DNA of 64,000 nt from Escherichia phage vB_EcoM-Sa45lw. Below the pieces are notes generated by a model that saw only the letters and a list, made by a program, of their open reading frames with translations, was not told the DNA's origin and ran no database searches. The DNA lies in sequence record MK977694.1; one strand, given 5' to 3'. Positions 19,034-27,328 of the stretch are shown here, piece after piece. The position numbers and the translations under genes are program-made. The first letter of the stretch is position 1; every line of letters starts with the position of its first letter.

Positions 19034-20002
19034 TTATTTCAGAAGAGTAACCTCAGCGATTTCTTCCCAACCGTTTTTGTCGGTCATAATAAAGTCAGCA
19101 AGATAAAGCGCAGTACGCAGTGAAACATTGCGTAAACGATTAACATTGACTTTCATCCATGATAATGCTTTATAAGTTTCTTCATCAGAAAGACCGCGCT
19201 TTTGCATCATGTCAGTTGAAAGAATAACATCTTCAACCCTGACCATAATTTCTTCATTAGTGTGAACACCCAAATCCAAATAAACTGAGCGGGACACTAA
19301 TGCTTGTAAATGTGGAGCAAGTTTAGTACCACGATCTAATTCGCGGTCAATGTCAACGTTTGTGATAAAAACAATCGTTCCTTTAAATTCAAACTCACGC
19401 TCAATGCCTTTTTCTTCTAAGTAAGAAGATGCGGTGCTCCAGCAGACTTTACGGGTCTCTCCGGTGTCCAGAGCAGCTTTCAGAAGATTAAGAATGTCCA
19501 TATCAGAGAAAACATCCACATCATCAATCAAAAGGACAGAATTCTCTTCACGATTATTCCAAAGCTGTTCATAAAGACCAATACCAGAGATTTTACCATT
19601 AATGCTTTTATATTCAATGTATCCAATATCATTTGCTTTATTTAAAGCTTTATCTAAAGAATACGTTTTACCAATACCTGCTGCTCCCGAGATAATTAAT
19701 GAACGAATGTTTCCGTTAATAATACCATTCGTCATCATTCCCATAACATTAAATCTTTTATTAATGCGGGTTTTCATATCTTCATACGATTCTTTAACTT
19801 CTTCAACTTTTACACCATCATATGAAATGTCTGATTTATAAACCCAAACACCGCGACGTTTACCGTCAATTTCAACAAAAACTTTACCATCTCCTTGTGC
19901 ATCTACCGGAGCATTATCTGGGAACCATTCACCTAAGAGCTCAAAAGTTCCAGAGATTTCTTTACCGAAGTAGATACCCTTATTGATAGTTACAGTTTTC
20001 AT
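19034..20002 (-). CDS. P-loop NTPase, AAA-like ATPase (323 aa from ATG)
   Basis: Walker A GAAGIGKT, Walker B VLLIDDVD, sensor-like TIVFITN; ATG at 20002 with GGAG; own early promoter. Confidence 0.65.
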   Translation of the reverse strand: MKTVTINKGIYFGKEISGTFELLGEWFPDNAPVDAQGDGKVFVEIDGKRRGVWVYKSDISYDGVKVEEVKESYEDMKTRINKRFNVMGMMTNGIINGNIRSLIISGAAGIGKTYSLDKALNKANDIGYIEYKSINGKISGIGLYEQLWNNREENSVLLIDDVDVFSDMDILNLLKAALDTGETRKVCWSTASSYLEEKGIEREFEFKGTIVFITNVDIDRELDRGTKLAPHLQALVSRSVYLDLGVHTNEEIMVRVEDVILSTDMMQKRGLSDEETYKALSWMKVNVNRLRNVSLRTALYLADFIMTDKNGWEEIAEVTLLK

Positions 20003-20036
20003 TTTATTCTCCAAATCCGTATCAGTTGATAGTTGT

Positions 20037-20066
20037 ATAGTACCATAAAGCTTTATGCTTGTAAAC
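20037..20066 (-). promoter_or_regulatory. T4-type early promoter (GTTTAC, 18 bp, TACTAT) for ATPase gene
   Basis: Minus strand: aaattGTTTACaagcataaagctttatggTACTATacaac. Confidence 0.6.
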
Positions 20067-20091
20067 AATTTTGTGAAAAAATTTTTGAAAT

Positions 20092-20115
20092 AAAAAAGGG
20101 AGCCCGAAGGCTCCC
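20092..20115 (-). terminator. Intrinsic terminator (minus strand): GGGAGCC-UUCG-GGCUCCC hairpin + U6, 2 nt after NTase stop
   Basis: Minus strand reads tgataGGGAGCCTTCGGGCTCCCttttttatttc. Confidence 0.65.
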
Positions 20116-20117
20116 TA

Positions 20118-21131
20118 TCATTTATAATAACTTCGGTGGTTTTCAAGATAGACCTTCTCAAGGAAGTCATCCCAGAAACCCATGTCTACTTTTTGCTGCA
20201 TACCGTTCTTAGAAGCTTCAGTAGATGCTGCTTCTACTTGATCGACCACATCTTCCAAAAACTCTTGAACTGTTTTAAATGGGTGTTTACCCAGCTTCAC
20301 GTCGAGAATAAATGGAGCGTCTTGAAGTGGATAGACTAAGTCACCAGTTTTGTAAATTTCCAATAGTTGGAGTCCACCACGACAAGCATGACTCAGAGCT
20401 TTCCAGTCAATGCCCTCATTCGCTTCAGCCTTACGAGCACGTTCGCCGTATTCAGCATCTAATTTGTTCAGTGACTGCTTAAGCTCAATAAGAGAAAGTG
20501 TTGTCTGATATTTACGACCCAACACAGTGTAAAACGTTTGTGGACCTGTTTTCTCATGATTATGGAATACCCATTCACAGAACTCGTTTTCAGGGAGTCT
20601 GTGTTTGATATCTTCTACCTTAGTACGACGAAGTCTATCAGGGATTCCTTCTTGATAGTCGACCCACTGGTCAGGGATTTGATTAACTACTTTCAATACA
20701 TCACGTAATGCGGCCAAACGAGAACCCTTGACACCGTATTTAGAAGCTTGCTTGCGGACATATCCTAAATAGGATTTCATGTTAGTTGTATAAAACCGTG
20801 AACGATTGTCTTGAATAAACTTCCACACATCAGGCAAATCAGATTTAACCACTAGTTCAGGTGGAGTGTGAAGCATATCCAATGCTACAGTTTCACCATC
20901 TGCTGCTAATTTAAAGAAATATTTAAGACTGTATAGTTCATGGTCAATATCATCTTTAGTGTTTTTAGATGATGTGTTGTTAGTGTTTTTACTCATATGC
21001 TCTTTAACATTTCCGATAAGAATATCGCGAGCACGAGGAACAAAGATTTCTTTAAAATCTACATCAGATTCTGGAGTAGAAGTTCCATAAAGATGACTAC
21101 CAAAATAGCTTTTCATTACTGTTTTCATCAT
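20118..21131 (-). CDS. Predicted nucleotidyltransferase (pol-beta superfamily fold), 337 aa
   Basis: N-terminal hG[GS]x11DxD motif: YFGSHLYGTSTPESDVDF, plus downstream acidic residues (ADGETVALDMLH). Confidence 0.6.
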   Translation of the reverse strand: MMKTVMKSYFGSHLYGTSTPESDVDFKEIFVPRARDILIGNVKEHMSKNTNNTSSKNTKDDIDHELYSLKYFFKLAADGETVALDMLHTPPELVVKSDLPDVWKFIQDNRSRFYTTNMKSYLGYVRKQASKYGVKGSRLAALRDVLKVVNQIPDQWVDYQEGIPDRLRRTKVEDIKHRLPENEFCEWVFHNHEKTGPQTFYTVLGRKYQTTLSLIELKQSLNKLDAEYGERARKAEANEGIDWKALSHACRGGLQLLEIYKTGDLVYPLQDAPFILDVKLGKHPFKTVQEFLEDVVDQVEAASTEASKNGMQQKVDMGFWDDFLEKVYLENHRSYYK

Positions 21132-21589
21132 TCAGCCTTATATTCAATAACAGGACATACTTTAGCTTTACGAGCTTTTAAAAATTCAACGATAATCGAT
21201 TTCTTGGGTTGAATAGGAGGTAAACCTTTATTTTTCCTATCAATATTTTCTACGTGTAAAGCATAATCCTTTTTCCATTTATAATCTTTATATTTTTCAC
21301 GCAAATGTACAGGAATAACAAATGAACCAATAATAAGTAAAACAACCAAAAGCGCAAGTATAAATGCCGATGGAAGAAGAGCCCATAAACTACCGAAAAT
21401 AAGCCAACGTTGTAGGCTTTCTGCACAAATAATTGTTAATCCTACGAGTATAGCACACCCAAAAATAGAAACGAAAAATGTAGGTATGGCAATAGACCAA
21501 AAATATGCGCATAGTGTCTTAGGTCGTTGCCATTCATCGTTAAACAATTTGAATAATTTATAGTGCCAAGAGTTTTCATTAATAATCAT
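21128..21589 (-). CDS. Hypothetical membrane protein (153 aa, ~3 TM)
   Basis: ORF track; hydrophobic stretches. Confidence 0.55.
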   Translation of the reverse strand: MIINENSWHYKLFKLFNDEWQRPKTLCAYFWSIAIPTFFVSIFGCAILVGLTIICAESLQRWLIFGSLWALLPSAFILALLVVLLIIGSFVIPVHLREKYKDYKWKKDYALHVENIDRKNKGLPPIQPKKSIIVEFLKARKAKVCPVIEYKAE

Positions 21590-21591
21590 AA

Positions 21592-22113
21592 TTATCCTTT
21601 CATTGAAGGCGTAACGGTTGTTAAATACTTAATCATAGCTTCAGCTTCTGATTTTGATAGTGAAATTTCTTCACCGTTTTGGCGAATAGAAACAAAATCT
21701 GGATGACGATCACCACCAGCTTTTAAAACACACATATAAGTATCAGCTTCGCCTTCAATATTTGAAATGATTGAAGCAGTTCCACACGAATGTGGTTTTT
21801 GATAAATCAATACAGCTTTTCTTCCACCATTTGACTGTTCATAGGCTTTTAATACATCAAACAAATCAGTTCTTTTATCAATAGCTAAAATGTTATTTTC
21901 ATCTTCAATGTTAAATCCTTCGGATACTTCATAAAGCGTTACCCATAAATCGCCAATATCAATAACAGCATTTACTTTTCCACGGCTTTCAAGAGTATGA
22001 CAAATTTTCTTGATTTCGTCATAACTCATTTTAATAATATCATCTCCTTGACTAAGAAAGATGTCATTTTTAAATTCAACACGAATTAAACCGCTTCCAC
22101 TTGAAATAAACAT
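21592..22113 (-). CDS. Hypothetical protein (173 aa), paralog of 22120..22677
   Basis: ORF track; shares GFNIE and C-terminal KYLTTVTPSMKG / KTYLDSVIPTMISK motifs with neighbour. Confidence 0.55.
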   Translation of the reverse strand: MFISSGSGLIRVEFKNDIFLSQGDDIIKMSYDEIKKICHTLESRGKVNAVIDIGDLWVTLYEVSEGFNIEDENNILAIDKRTDLFDVLKAYEQSNGGRKAVLIYQKPHSCGTASIISNIEGEADTYMCVLKAGGDRHPDFVSIRQNGEEISLSKSEAEAMIKYLTTVTPSMKG

Positions 22114-22119
22114 ATTTCC

Positions 22120-22677
22120 TCACTTTGAAATCATAGTTGGAATAACAGAATCAAGATAAGTCTTTAGTGCAATAGTTTCGTCTTTGGTAAATGTGACAAT
22201 ATGTGCTCGAAAATCATCAATTTGACGAATAGTTAAGACATCTCCATCTTCATAACATTTTGATACGTTTAAAACAGTTTCATCATTCTGATTGCAAGCG
22301 TTAGTAATAATAGCATTGCAATTTTTAAACCATTTTAAACTATGTTTTCTTTCATTAGAATAATAAAAATATTTAATCTTATCTATAAAACTATCCCAAT
22401 GGATAACTGATAAGCATATTGACTCGCTTTCAATATTAAATCCTGGGCATGAAGAATAAAAATGAATTTTATGCTCATCATTAATGCTTATAATTTTATC
22501 AGTATAAGGATTTTCAATTTTGGTTAAATGAATGATTTCACTAGGCGTAAAATACAGCATATCGTCTTCTTGTGTCAAACGATACATATTATTTACTTTT
22601 TCTATAGCCAATTCACCAAAAAGTGAACTAACTTCTAATACTAATCGTTTCATATTGATTCTCTTCGACTCGCTCAC
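22120..22677 (-). CDS. Hypothetical protein (185 aa), paralog of 21592..22113
   Basis: ORF track; GTG start with GGAG (alternative ATG at 22653). Confidence 0.55.
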   Translation of the reverse strand: MSESKRINMKRLVLEVSSLFGELAIEKVNNMYRLTQEDDMLYFTPSEIIHLTKIENPYTDKIISINDEHKIHFYSSCPGFNIESESICLSVIHWDSFIDKIKYFYYSNERKHSLKWFKNCNAIITNACNQNDETVLNVSKCYEDGDVLTIRQIDDFRAHIVTFTKDETIALKTYLDSVIPTMISK

Positions 22678-22812
22678 AATTACATACTCCTTTGAATAAT
22701 ATCAATAATGTTGTTCACCAGATTATAGGTAAACAAAGGATAATTATATTGAATCATCACATACACAACAAACAAAATTTTCATTCTCTTCTCCTCAGTA
22801 GTTGACAAGATT

Positions 22813-22842
22813 ACTATACCATAACCTTGCCAACTTGTAAAC
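22813..22842 (-). promoter_or_regulatory. T4-type early promoter (GTTTAC, 18 bp, TATAGT)
   Basis: Minus strand: taatgGTTTACaagttggcaaggttatggTATAGTaatc; followed by GAGGAG+ATG of a 34-codon ORF. Confidence 0.55.
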
Positions 22843-23007
22843 CATTAAATGGCGTTTTCAATAAAATTCTGAAGCTTTGTGTGAGCATCAACCATGATTT
22901 TCATTTCTTCTTTGGCGAAAGCTGTACCTCTTTCCCGAGAAGAACATTCATAGTCAGAAACTGCATTAGCATATTCTTCGATTAGTTTCATTAAAAACAT
23001 CTGTTTT

Positions 23008-23202
23008 TCAGTTTTCATTATTCCACCTAATCATTTCAAGATATTGAACTAACTTAGCTTTAGATTTATCCAAATCCTTTTTAGCTGCTTCTATACCGTC
23101 GTATGAATATCCTTCACAATGCTCAACTGCTAATTGATATGAATCTATTTCAATATCACGTGCTAATTTAATGATTTTTTCAAACTGTTCGCGTGTTAGC
23201 AT
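23008..23202 (-). CDS. Hypothetical small protein (64 aa)
   Basis: ORF track. Confidence 0.45.
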   Translation of the reverse strand: MLTREQFEKIIKLARDIEIDSYQLAVEHCEGYSYDGIEAAKKDLDKSKAKLVQYLEMIRWNNEN

Positions 23203-23204
23203 AC

Positions 23205-23444
23205 TTACACTCTCGTATTATGATCGATAATTTCATCAAGAAACATATCTAACGCTTCTATAGCATTATCCACTTTAGTTTCAAAGTCTTTAATGCCTTT
23301 ATTCGAAATACACGATGAATACCAAGCAAAGTCAATCAGCTCTTCATCTGCTTTACGAATTGAAGCCACTAATTCCTTGATTTTATCTGCTTGTTCTATA
23401 CTAATCATTATTCCACCACATATGACAGAGAGAATATTGCGCAC
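23205..23444 (-). CDS. Hypothetical small protein (79 aa)
   Basis: ORF track. Confidence 0.45.
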   Translation of the reverse strand: MRNILSVICGGIMISIEQADKIKELVASIRKADEELIDFAWYSSCISNKGIKDFETKVDNAIEALDMFLDEIIDHNTRV

Positions 23445-23596
23445 GCCATGTGAGTTGCAACTTCATCACACATATTATAACGTTTCTTAAGAAATTCTAC
23501 AAGTTCTTCACTAGTAACTTCATCCATGTCGACGAAAAAATCACCATTAATGATGACGTAGATATTTCCTTCTTGATTGAGTGCTTCAATTTTCAT
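23408..23596 (-). CDS. Hypothetical small acidic protein (62 aa from ATG)
   Basis: ATG at 23596 with GGAG just downstream of early promoter; track start 23641 lies inside the promoter. Confidence 0.45.
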   Translation of the reverse strand: MKIEALNQEGNIYVIINGDFFVDMDEVTSEELVEFLKKRYNMCDEVATHMACAIFSLSYVVE

Positions 23597-23624
23597 GATA
23601 TTCTCCTCTTTATCTGATAGTTGT

Positions 23625-23654
23625 ATAGTATCACAGCTCAAACGGAAAGTAAAC
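23625..23654 (-). promoter_or_regulatory. T4-type early promoter (GTTTAC, 18 bp, TACTAT)
   Basis: Minus strand: ccgGTTTACtttccgtttgagctgtgaTACTATacaac. Confidence 0.6.
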
Positions 23655-23664
23655 CGGTAAAATG

Positions 23665-23686
23665 AAAAAAGTCTCCCGAAGGAGAC
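23665..23686 (-). terminator. Intrinsic terminator (minus strand): GUCUCC-UUCG-GGAGAC + U6 after rI.-1-position gene
   Basis: Minus strand reads cattaGTCTCCTTCGGGAGACttttttcatttt. Confidence 0.65.
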
Positions 23687-23691
23687 TAATG

Positions 23692-24078
23692 TTATTCGAG
23701 GGAAAGAAGATACTTACTCTGGTAAAACATTCCAGTAATATCATCTATCGTGCTTTGAATGGCTGGAGGCATTTCTTTATAAATGCTGTTAGATTGGTCT
23801 AGTATGCGATCAATCATTTTAATTGTGTCGGTAGGAAGTTTACTGGCATCTGGAATTGAAGGCGTGTATTTTCTACCAGAATACCCCAAATATTGCTCAC
23901 CAAATTTATCAATCAAATCTGGCAACTCGGAGAAAATAAAATCGTATGCTTTGTGTCTAGCATAACTTTTAGTTTCAAAATGTGCAGAATGAAAATAAGC
24001 TTGTGCAGCCATTAATAAACCTAAGTATTCATCTGCCTTTGAAGGTTTTCCACTTTGTGAAAAGTCGCTGAATTTCAT
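23692..24078 (-). CDS. Hypothetical protein (128 aa; T4 rI.-1 position)
   Basis: ORF track; immediately upstream of rI with overlap. Confidence 0.5.
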   Translation of the reverse strand: MKFSDFSQSGKPSKADEYLGLLMAAQAYFHSAHFETKSYARHKAYDFIFSELPDLIDKFGEQYLGYSGRKYTPSIPDASKLPTDTIKMIDRILDQSNSIYKEMPPAIQSTIDDITGMFYQSKYLLSLE

Positions 24079-24368
24079 TCAGTCTCCAATTTAATGTTCA
24101 TAATTCTAGCGTATGATTGTGCCATCTCCGCGCCTCGTTCTATACATTCAAAATCAGAAGAGCACGGGTCATTTTTATAGGTCGTTCTCATAAAACTATA
24201 GAACTGTTCAGATGATTCTACGCTTTTATTTTCAAAAAGCATATAAACATGTCTAATACCAGATTCCATAAATTTATCAAAATGAGGATCGACATTCGCT
24301 TCAATCGATGGAGATAAAGCAAATGACAATCCTAGCATGGCAAAAAGTGCCGTTGCTTTTAAGGCCAT
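24075..24368 (-). CDS. rI: Lysis-inhibition regulator rI (periplasmic antiholin-type protein with N-terminal signal/anchor)
   Basis: 97 aa MALKATALFAMLGLSFALSPSIEANVDPHFDKF... matches remembered T4 RI; next to tk. Confidence 0.85.
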   Translation of the reverse strand: MALKATALFAMLGLSFALSPSIEANVDPHFDKFMESGIRHVYMLFENKSVESSEQFYSFMRTTYKNDPCSSDFECIERGAEMAQSYARIMNIKLETE

Positions 24369-24380
24369 AAAGGCCTCCTA

Positions 24381-24593
24381 TCATTTTTGTCCTGTATTTA
24401 CTTTATGCCGATGCACGGCCTTAACTTTATCAAGGTATTTTTCAAAATTTCGCAATCTAGTATAGTCTGCCGGAGATTGGTTGAGTGATACTTCTCGACG
24501 CAAAGCTGAAATGATATTTCCAACTTCCCTACGAATTTCATCTAATTGAAGCACAGTAAGATTGCGAAGTTGCTTTTCAGTTAATTGTAGCAT
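24381..24593 (-). CDS. Hypothetical protein (70 aa; rI.1 position)
   Basis: ORF track; ATG start. Confidence 0.5.
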
Positions 24594-24635
24594 ATATACC
24601 CCTTTAGTTAGATAAACCTATTTATAACTTTTGCA

Positions 24636-25217
24636 CTAACCGAGCTTTTTAGTTAATTCGTTCCAGTGTTTTCTACACAAAGAAACATAAATTTCATCAC
24701 CAATACAGATTTGATTACCTTCTTTAACTGGTGTTCCATCTTCCATTAATCGAGCTGTCATAATCGCTTTTTTGCCGCAATGACAAACTGCTTTTAGTTC
24801 AATAAGTTTATCTGCAATCGCTAAAAGTTCTTTAGAACCTTCAAACAATTTTCCAGCGAAATCAGTCCTTAATCCATAAGCCATAACAGGAACATTATAT
24901 GTATCAACAATTCGACTTAATTGATGCACCTGTTCAGTTTTTAAAAATTGGGCTTCATCCACAAATACGCAATGAATATCTTTTTGTGCTTCAGCCCATT
25001 TATAGAACTCGAAAATATCCATATCATCTGTAATAATATTCGCTTCCTGTTTAATTCCAATGCGAGAAACAACTTCACAGACAGAATCGCGAGTATCAAT
25101 AGCAGGCTTAAGAACTAATACACTCATTCCACGTTCTTTATAATTATGTGCAGCAGTCAAAAGAGAAGCAGATTTTCCAGCATTCATTGCTGCATAAGTA
25201 AAAATTAAACTCGCCAT
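24636..25217 (-). CDS. tk: Thymidine kinase
   Basis: 193 aa; P-loop AAMNAGKS, Walker B VFVDEAQF, C-terminal Zn-binding CHCGK...C. Confidence 0.92.
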   Translation of the reverse strand: MASLIFTYAAMNAGKSASLLTAAHNYKERGMSVLVLKPAIDTRDSVCEVVSRIGIKQEANIITDDMDIFEFYKWAEAQKDIHCVFVDEAQFLKTEQVHQLSRIVDTYNVPVMAYGLRTDFAGKLFEGSKELLAIADKLIELKAVCHCGKKAIMTARLMEDGTPVKEGNQICIGDEIYVSLCRKHWNELTKKLG

Positions 25218-25226
25218 ATCACCTTC

Positions 25227-25412
25227 TTAAAGCGTATTCACATAAGCTATTAATTCATTTTCTTTCTTATCAAACCGATCAGCAAATTCTTCCTGCTGTT
25301 CAGGAGATAGCGGGCCGTATTCATCATAAAAGGTGTTTGCTTCTGTATGCTCATCTAGAAGTTCATGGATAAGCTCAAACAATTTATCTTTTTGTTCTTT
25401 ACTCAGACTCAT
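25227..25412 (-). CDS. Hypothetical small acidic protein (61 aa)
   Basis: ORF track; strongly acidic. Confidence 0.45.
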   Translation of the reverse strand: MSLSKEQKDKLFELIHELLDEHTEANTFYDEYGPLSPEQQEEFADRFDKKENELIAYVNTL

Positions 25413-25578
25413 ATATTAATTTCCAGGAGTTTTAAAATAATTCGCTTTTGCTTAAATATTTCCATAGTTAAATGACTAGTATCTTTTTGACCGATTCCAA
25501 TGGCAAAACCTTTATTAACAGCGAGTTCAATTAAATTATCAAGCTCACGTAACACTTCGTATTGTAACTCAAAACTAT

Positions 25579-25785
25579 TCATTTTGGTTTACCTTCTTTA
25601 ACGAAATCAGGATAAGGATAAAATCCTGAATAAAATCCTTCACCTTTATGATTGATGCATCCTTTATTAGAACAATAGCACCAATAATCGAAATCACAAG
25701 CCATTTCATCATTACATAAAGCAAAAACAACAGGCCACTTACACTTTTCACAGTGGGCATTTTTAAGAATACTAGTTTGGCTCAT
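25579..25785 (-). CDS. Hypothetical Cys-rich small protein (68 aa from ATG)
   Basis: CEKC...C..C..C.C..C pattern; ATG at 25785 overlaps upstream stop (ATGA). Confidence 0.4.
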   Translation of the reverse strand: MSQTSILKNAHCEKCKWPVVFALCNDEMACDFDYWCYCSNKGCINHKGEGFYSGFYPYPDFVKEGKPK

Positions 25786-25994
25786 AACCATGTAACCTTT
25801 AAGCAATATTCTTCTACATGTTGTTTACGACCTTTCTTATCAATAAAGGTATATTCAACGAATGTTCCAATGTAGTCTTTATCTACATCATGTGGACTAT
25901 TAATTGGACATTTAGTACGGCAAATGCGTTCCCATTGACGAATAATTTCCACTTTGTTTTTAGGATCAAACGGATGTGGGTAATGTACTTTCAT
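25782..25994 (-). CDS. Hypothetical protein (70 aa)
   Basis: ORF track; ATG start; overlaps macro gene 3' end. Confidence 0.4.
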   Translation of the reverse strand: MKVHYPHPFDPKNKVEIIRQWERICRTKCPINSPHDVDKDYIGTFVEYTFIDKKGRKQHVEEYCLKVTWL

Positions 25995-26445
25995 AATCCA
26001 CCACTATTAAATCAATATCAGGAGTAAACATGTCGATTAATTTAGAAACCTTATCCCAATCGCCGCCAGCAATACCACAACCTATGCGTGGAATGTAAAT
26101 TACTGGTTTAAACAAAAGGGTTTCTGCCTGTAGATTTAATTCTATCATGCAGTTTACTAAAGCACCATAATCAAGATTAGGACCTGGTTCGTATTGCGTA
26201 TACAAGTTATAACATATGCCAAAACCATTAGGTTTATGTTTAAAAACAATAGACATATCGCCTAATTTATCACGAGAACCGTACTCAGTAGTGGTTTTAT
26301 CTATTTCTAAAATTTTGGGATAGGCTCTTGCTAATTGACCCGCTACACCTGAACCCATAGTATGAAAACAATTGCACCCGTGCGCAATAATATTACCTTG
26401 AAGAAATAGGGCGACAATATCGCCCTTGATATATTTTACAATCAT
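25966..26445 (-). CDS. Macro-domain protein (ADP-ribose binding/hydrolase fold)
   Basis: YIKGDIVALF...GNIIAHGCNCFHTMGSGVAGQLARAYP...IPRIGCGIAGGDW matches macro-domain signature blocks (TARG1/Poa1p-like spacing). Confidence 0.6.
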   Translation of the reverse strand: MIVKYIKGDIVALFLQGNIIAHGCNCFHTMGSGVAGQLARAYPKILEIDKTTTEYGSRDKLGDMSIVFKHKPNGFGICYNLYTQYEPGPNLDYGALVNCMIELNLQAETLLFKPVIYIPRIGCGIAGGDWDKVSKLIDMFTPDIDLIVVDYESTLPTSV

Positions 26446-26783
26446 CTAGTACTCAATCCTCGATTATAAGAATCTACCAAACGGTCAACCATTGAATGAC
26501 AAGCGGCTTTATCTTTCTCCTCCGCAACTGAACATTCTAAGGTATTCCACTTTTTAGCATATCGTTTTAACAATGTATCATTTTTGTATCTGCTTGATTT
26601 ATCTCTTTCTCCGTCTTTATATGCATATATTAATTTCTGCGCAAATTCAGCTTGGCATGCTTTATTTTTCCCGCAATAATCCGCTGCAGTACGGTTTACA
26701 TACTCTCTAATTTCAGTATATGATGTATCTGCTAACGCAGAAAATGAAATTAATCCTATACATAAAACCAAAATTTTAGTCAT
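26442..26783 (-). CDS. Secreted/periplasmic Cys-containing protein (113 aa, signal peptide)
   Basis: N-terminal MTKILVLCIGLISFSALA signal peptide; four Cys. Confidence 0.5.
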   Translation of the reverse strand: MTKILVLCIGLISFSALADTSYTEIREYVNRTAADYCGKNKACQAEFAQKLIYAYKDGERDKSSRYKNDTLLKRYAKKWNTLECSVAEEKDKAACHSMVDRLVDSYNRGLSTR

Positions 26784-27321
26784 TTACTATTTCCAAAAGT
26801 TTATTATTTTTAAGGTAATTAGCCTTTTCTAGGACTTCAGAAGCATATTTAGAACCTGCTTTAACATTCCATCCCGAATTATAAGAGGATATTGCTTTTC
26901 TTATATCGCCCTTATGTATATTTAACCAATAAGAAAGTTCAATGTACGCCCAGGAAGCTGAATTGGACCGTTTATTCAACATTCTTTTTATTTCAGCATC
27001 GGTCATATTATAACCAAGTTCCTTAACTCTTGCTCGCATAGTAGGCAAATAATTTTGGAACATTCCGTAGGCGTGATGCTTTGGTTTAGATTTTAAATTA
27101 ACTCCGCCAGAGCTTTCTTGCCATAAAATAGCAGCCATTATATGACCTAATCCACTCTTGTGAATGTTTTTGTGTGTTTTATATTTTCCATCCTTAGAAA
27201 ATTGTTCCCCGAATTGATACGCGTAACGCATGTTATCGAGTTGGACATTACTGAAAGTATGCTCGGAGCTATGTGCCATCATTGAAATGGCCAATAGACC
27301 AGCGAGTAGTGCTTTTCTCAT
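26776..27321 (-). CDS. Periplasmic lytic transglycosylase-like (SLT domain) protein with signal peptide
   Basis: Signal peptide MRKALLAGLLAISMMAHS; SLT-like motifs ...QESSGG..., AYGMFQ, SSYNSG. Confidence 0.55.
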   Translation of the reverse strand: MRKALLAGLLAISMMAHSSEHTFSNVQLDNMRYAYQFGEQFSKDGKYKTHKNIHKSGLGHIMAAILWQESSGGVNLKSKPKHHAYGMFQNYLPTMRARVKELGYNMTDAEIKRMLNKRSNSASWAYIELSYWLNIHKGDIRKAISSYNSGWNVKAGSKYASEVLEKANYLKNNKLLEIVND

Positions 27322-27328
27322 GCTTACC

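Noticed and set aside
18592-21212. Plus-strand ORFs 18592..18780, 19602..19841, 20136..20339, 20997..21212
   Set aside because: Antisense to supported minus-strand genes
23293-23965. Plus-strand ORFs 23293..23490 and 23783..23965
   Set aside because: Antisense to minus-strand genes
25575-26027. ORFs 25575..25760 (-) and 25818..26027 (+)
   Set aside because: Alternative frame or antisense overlaps of the Cys-rich ORF and the macro-domain gene
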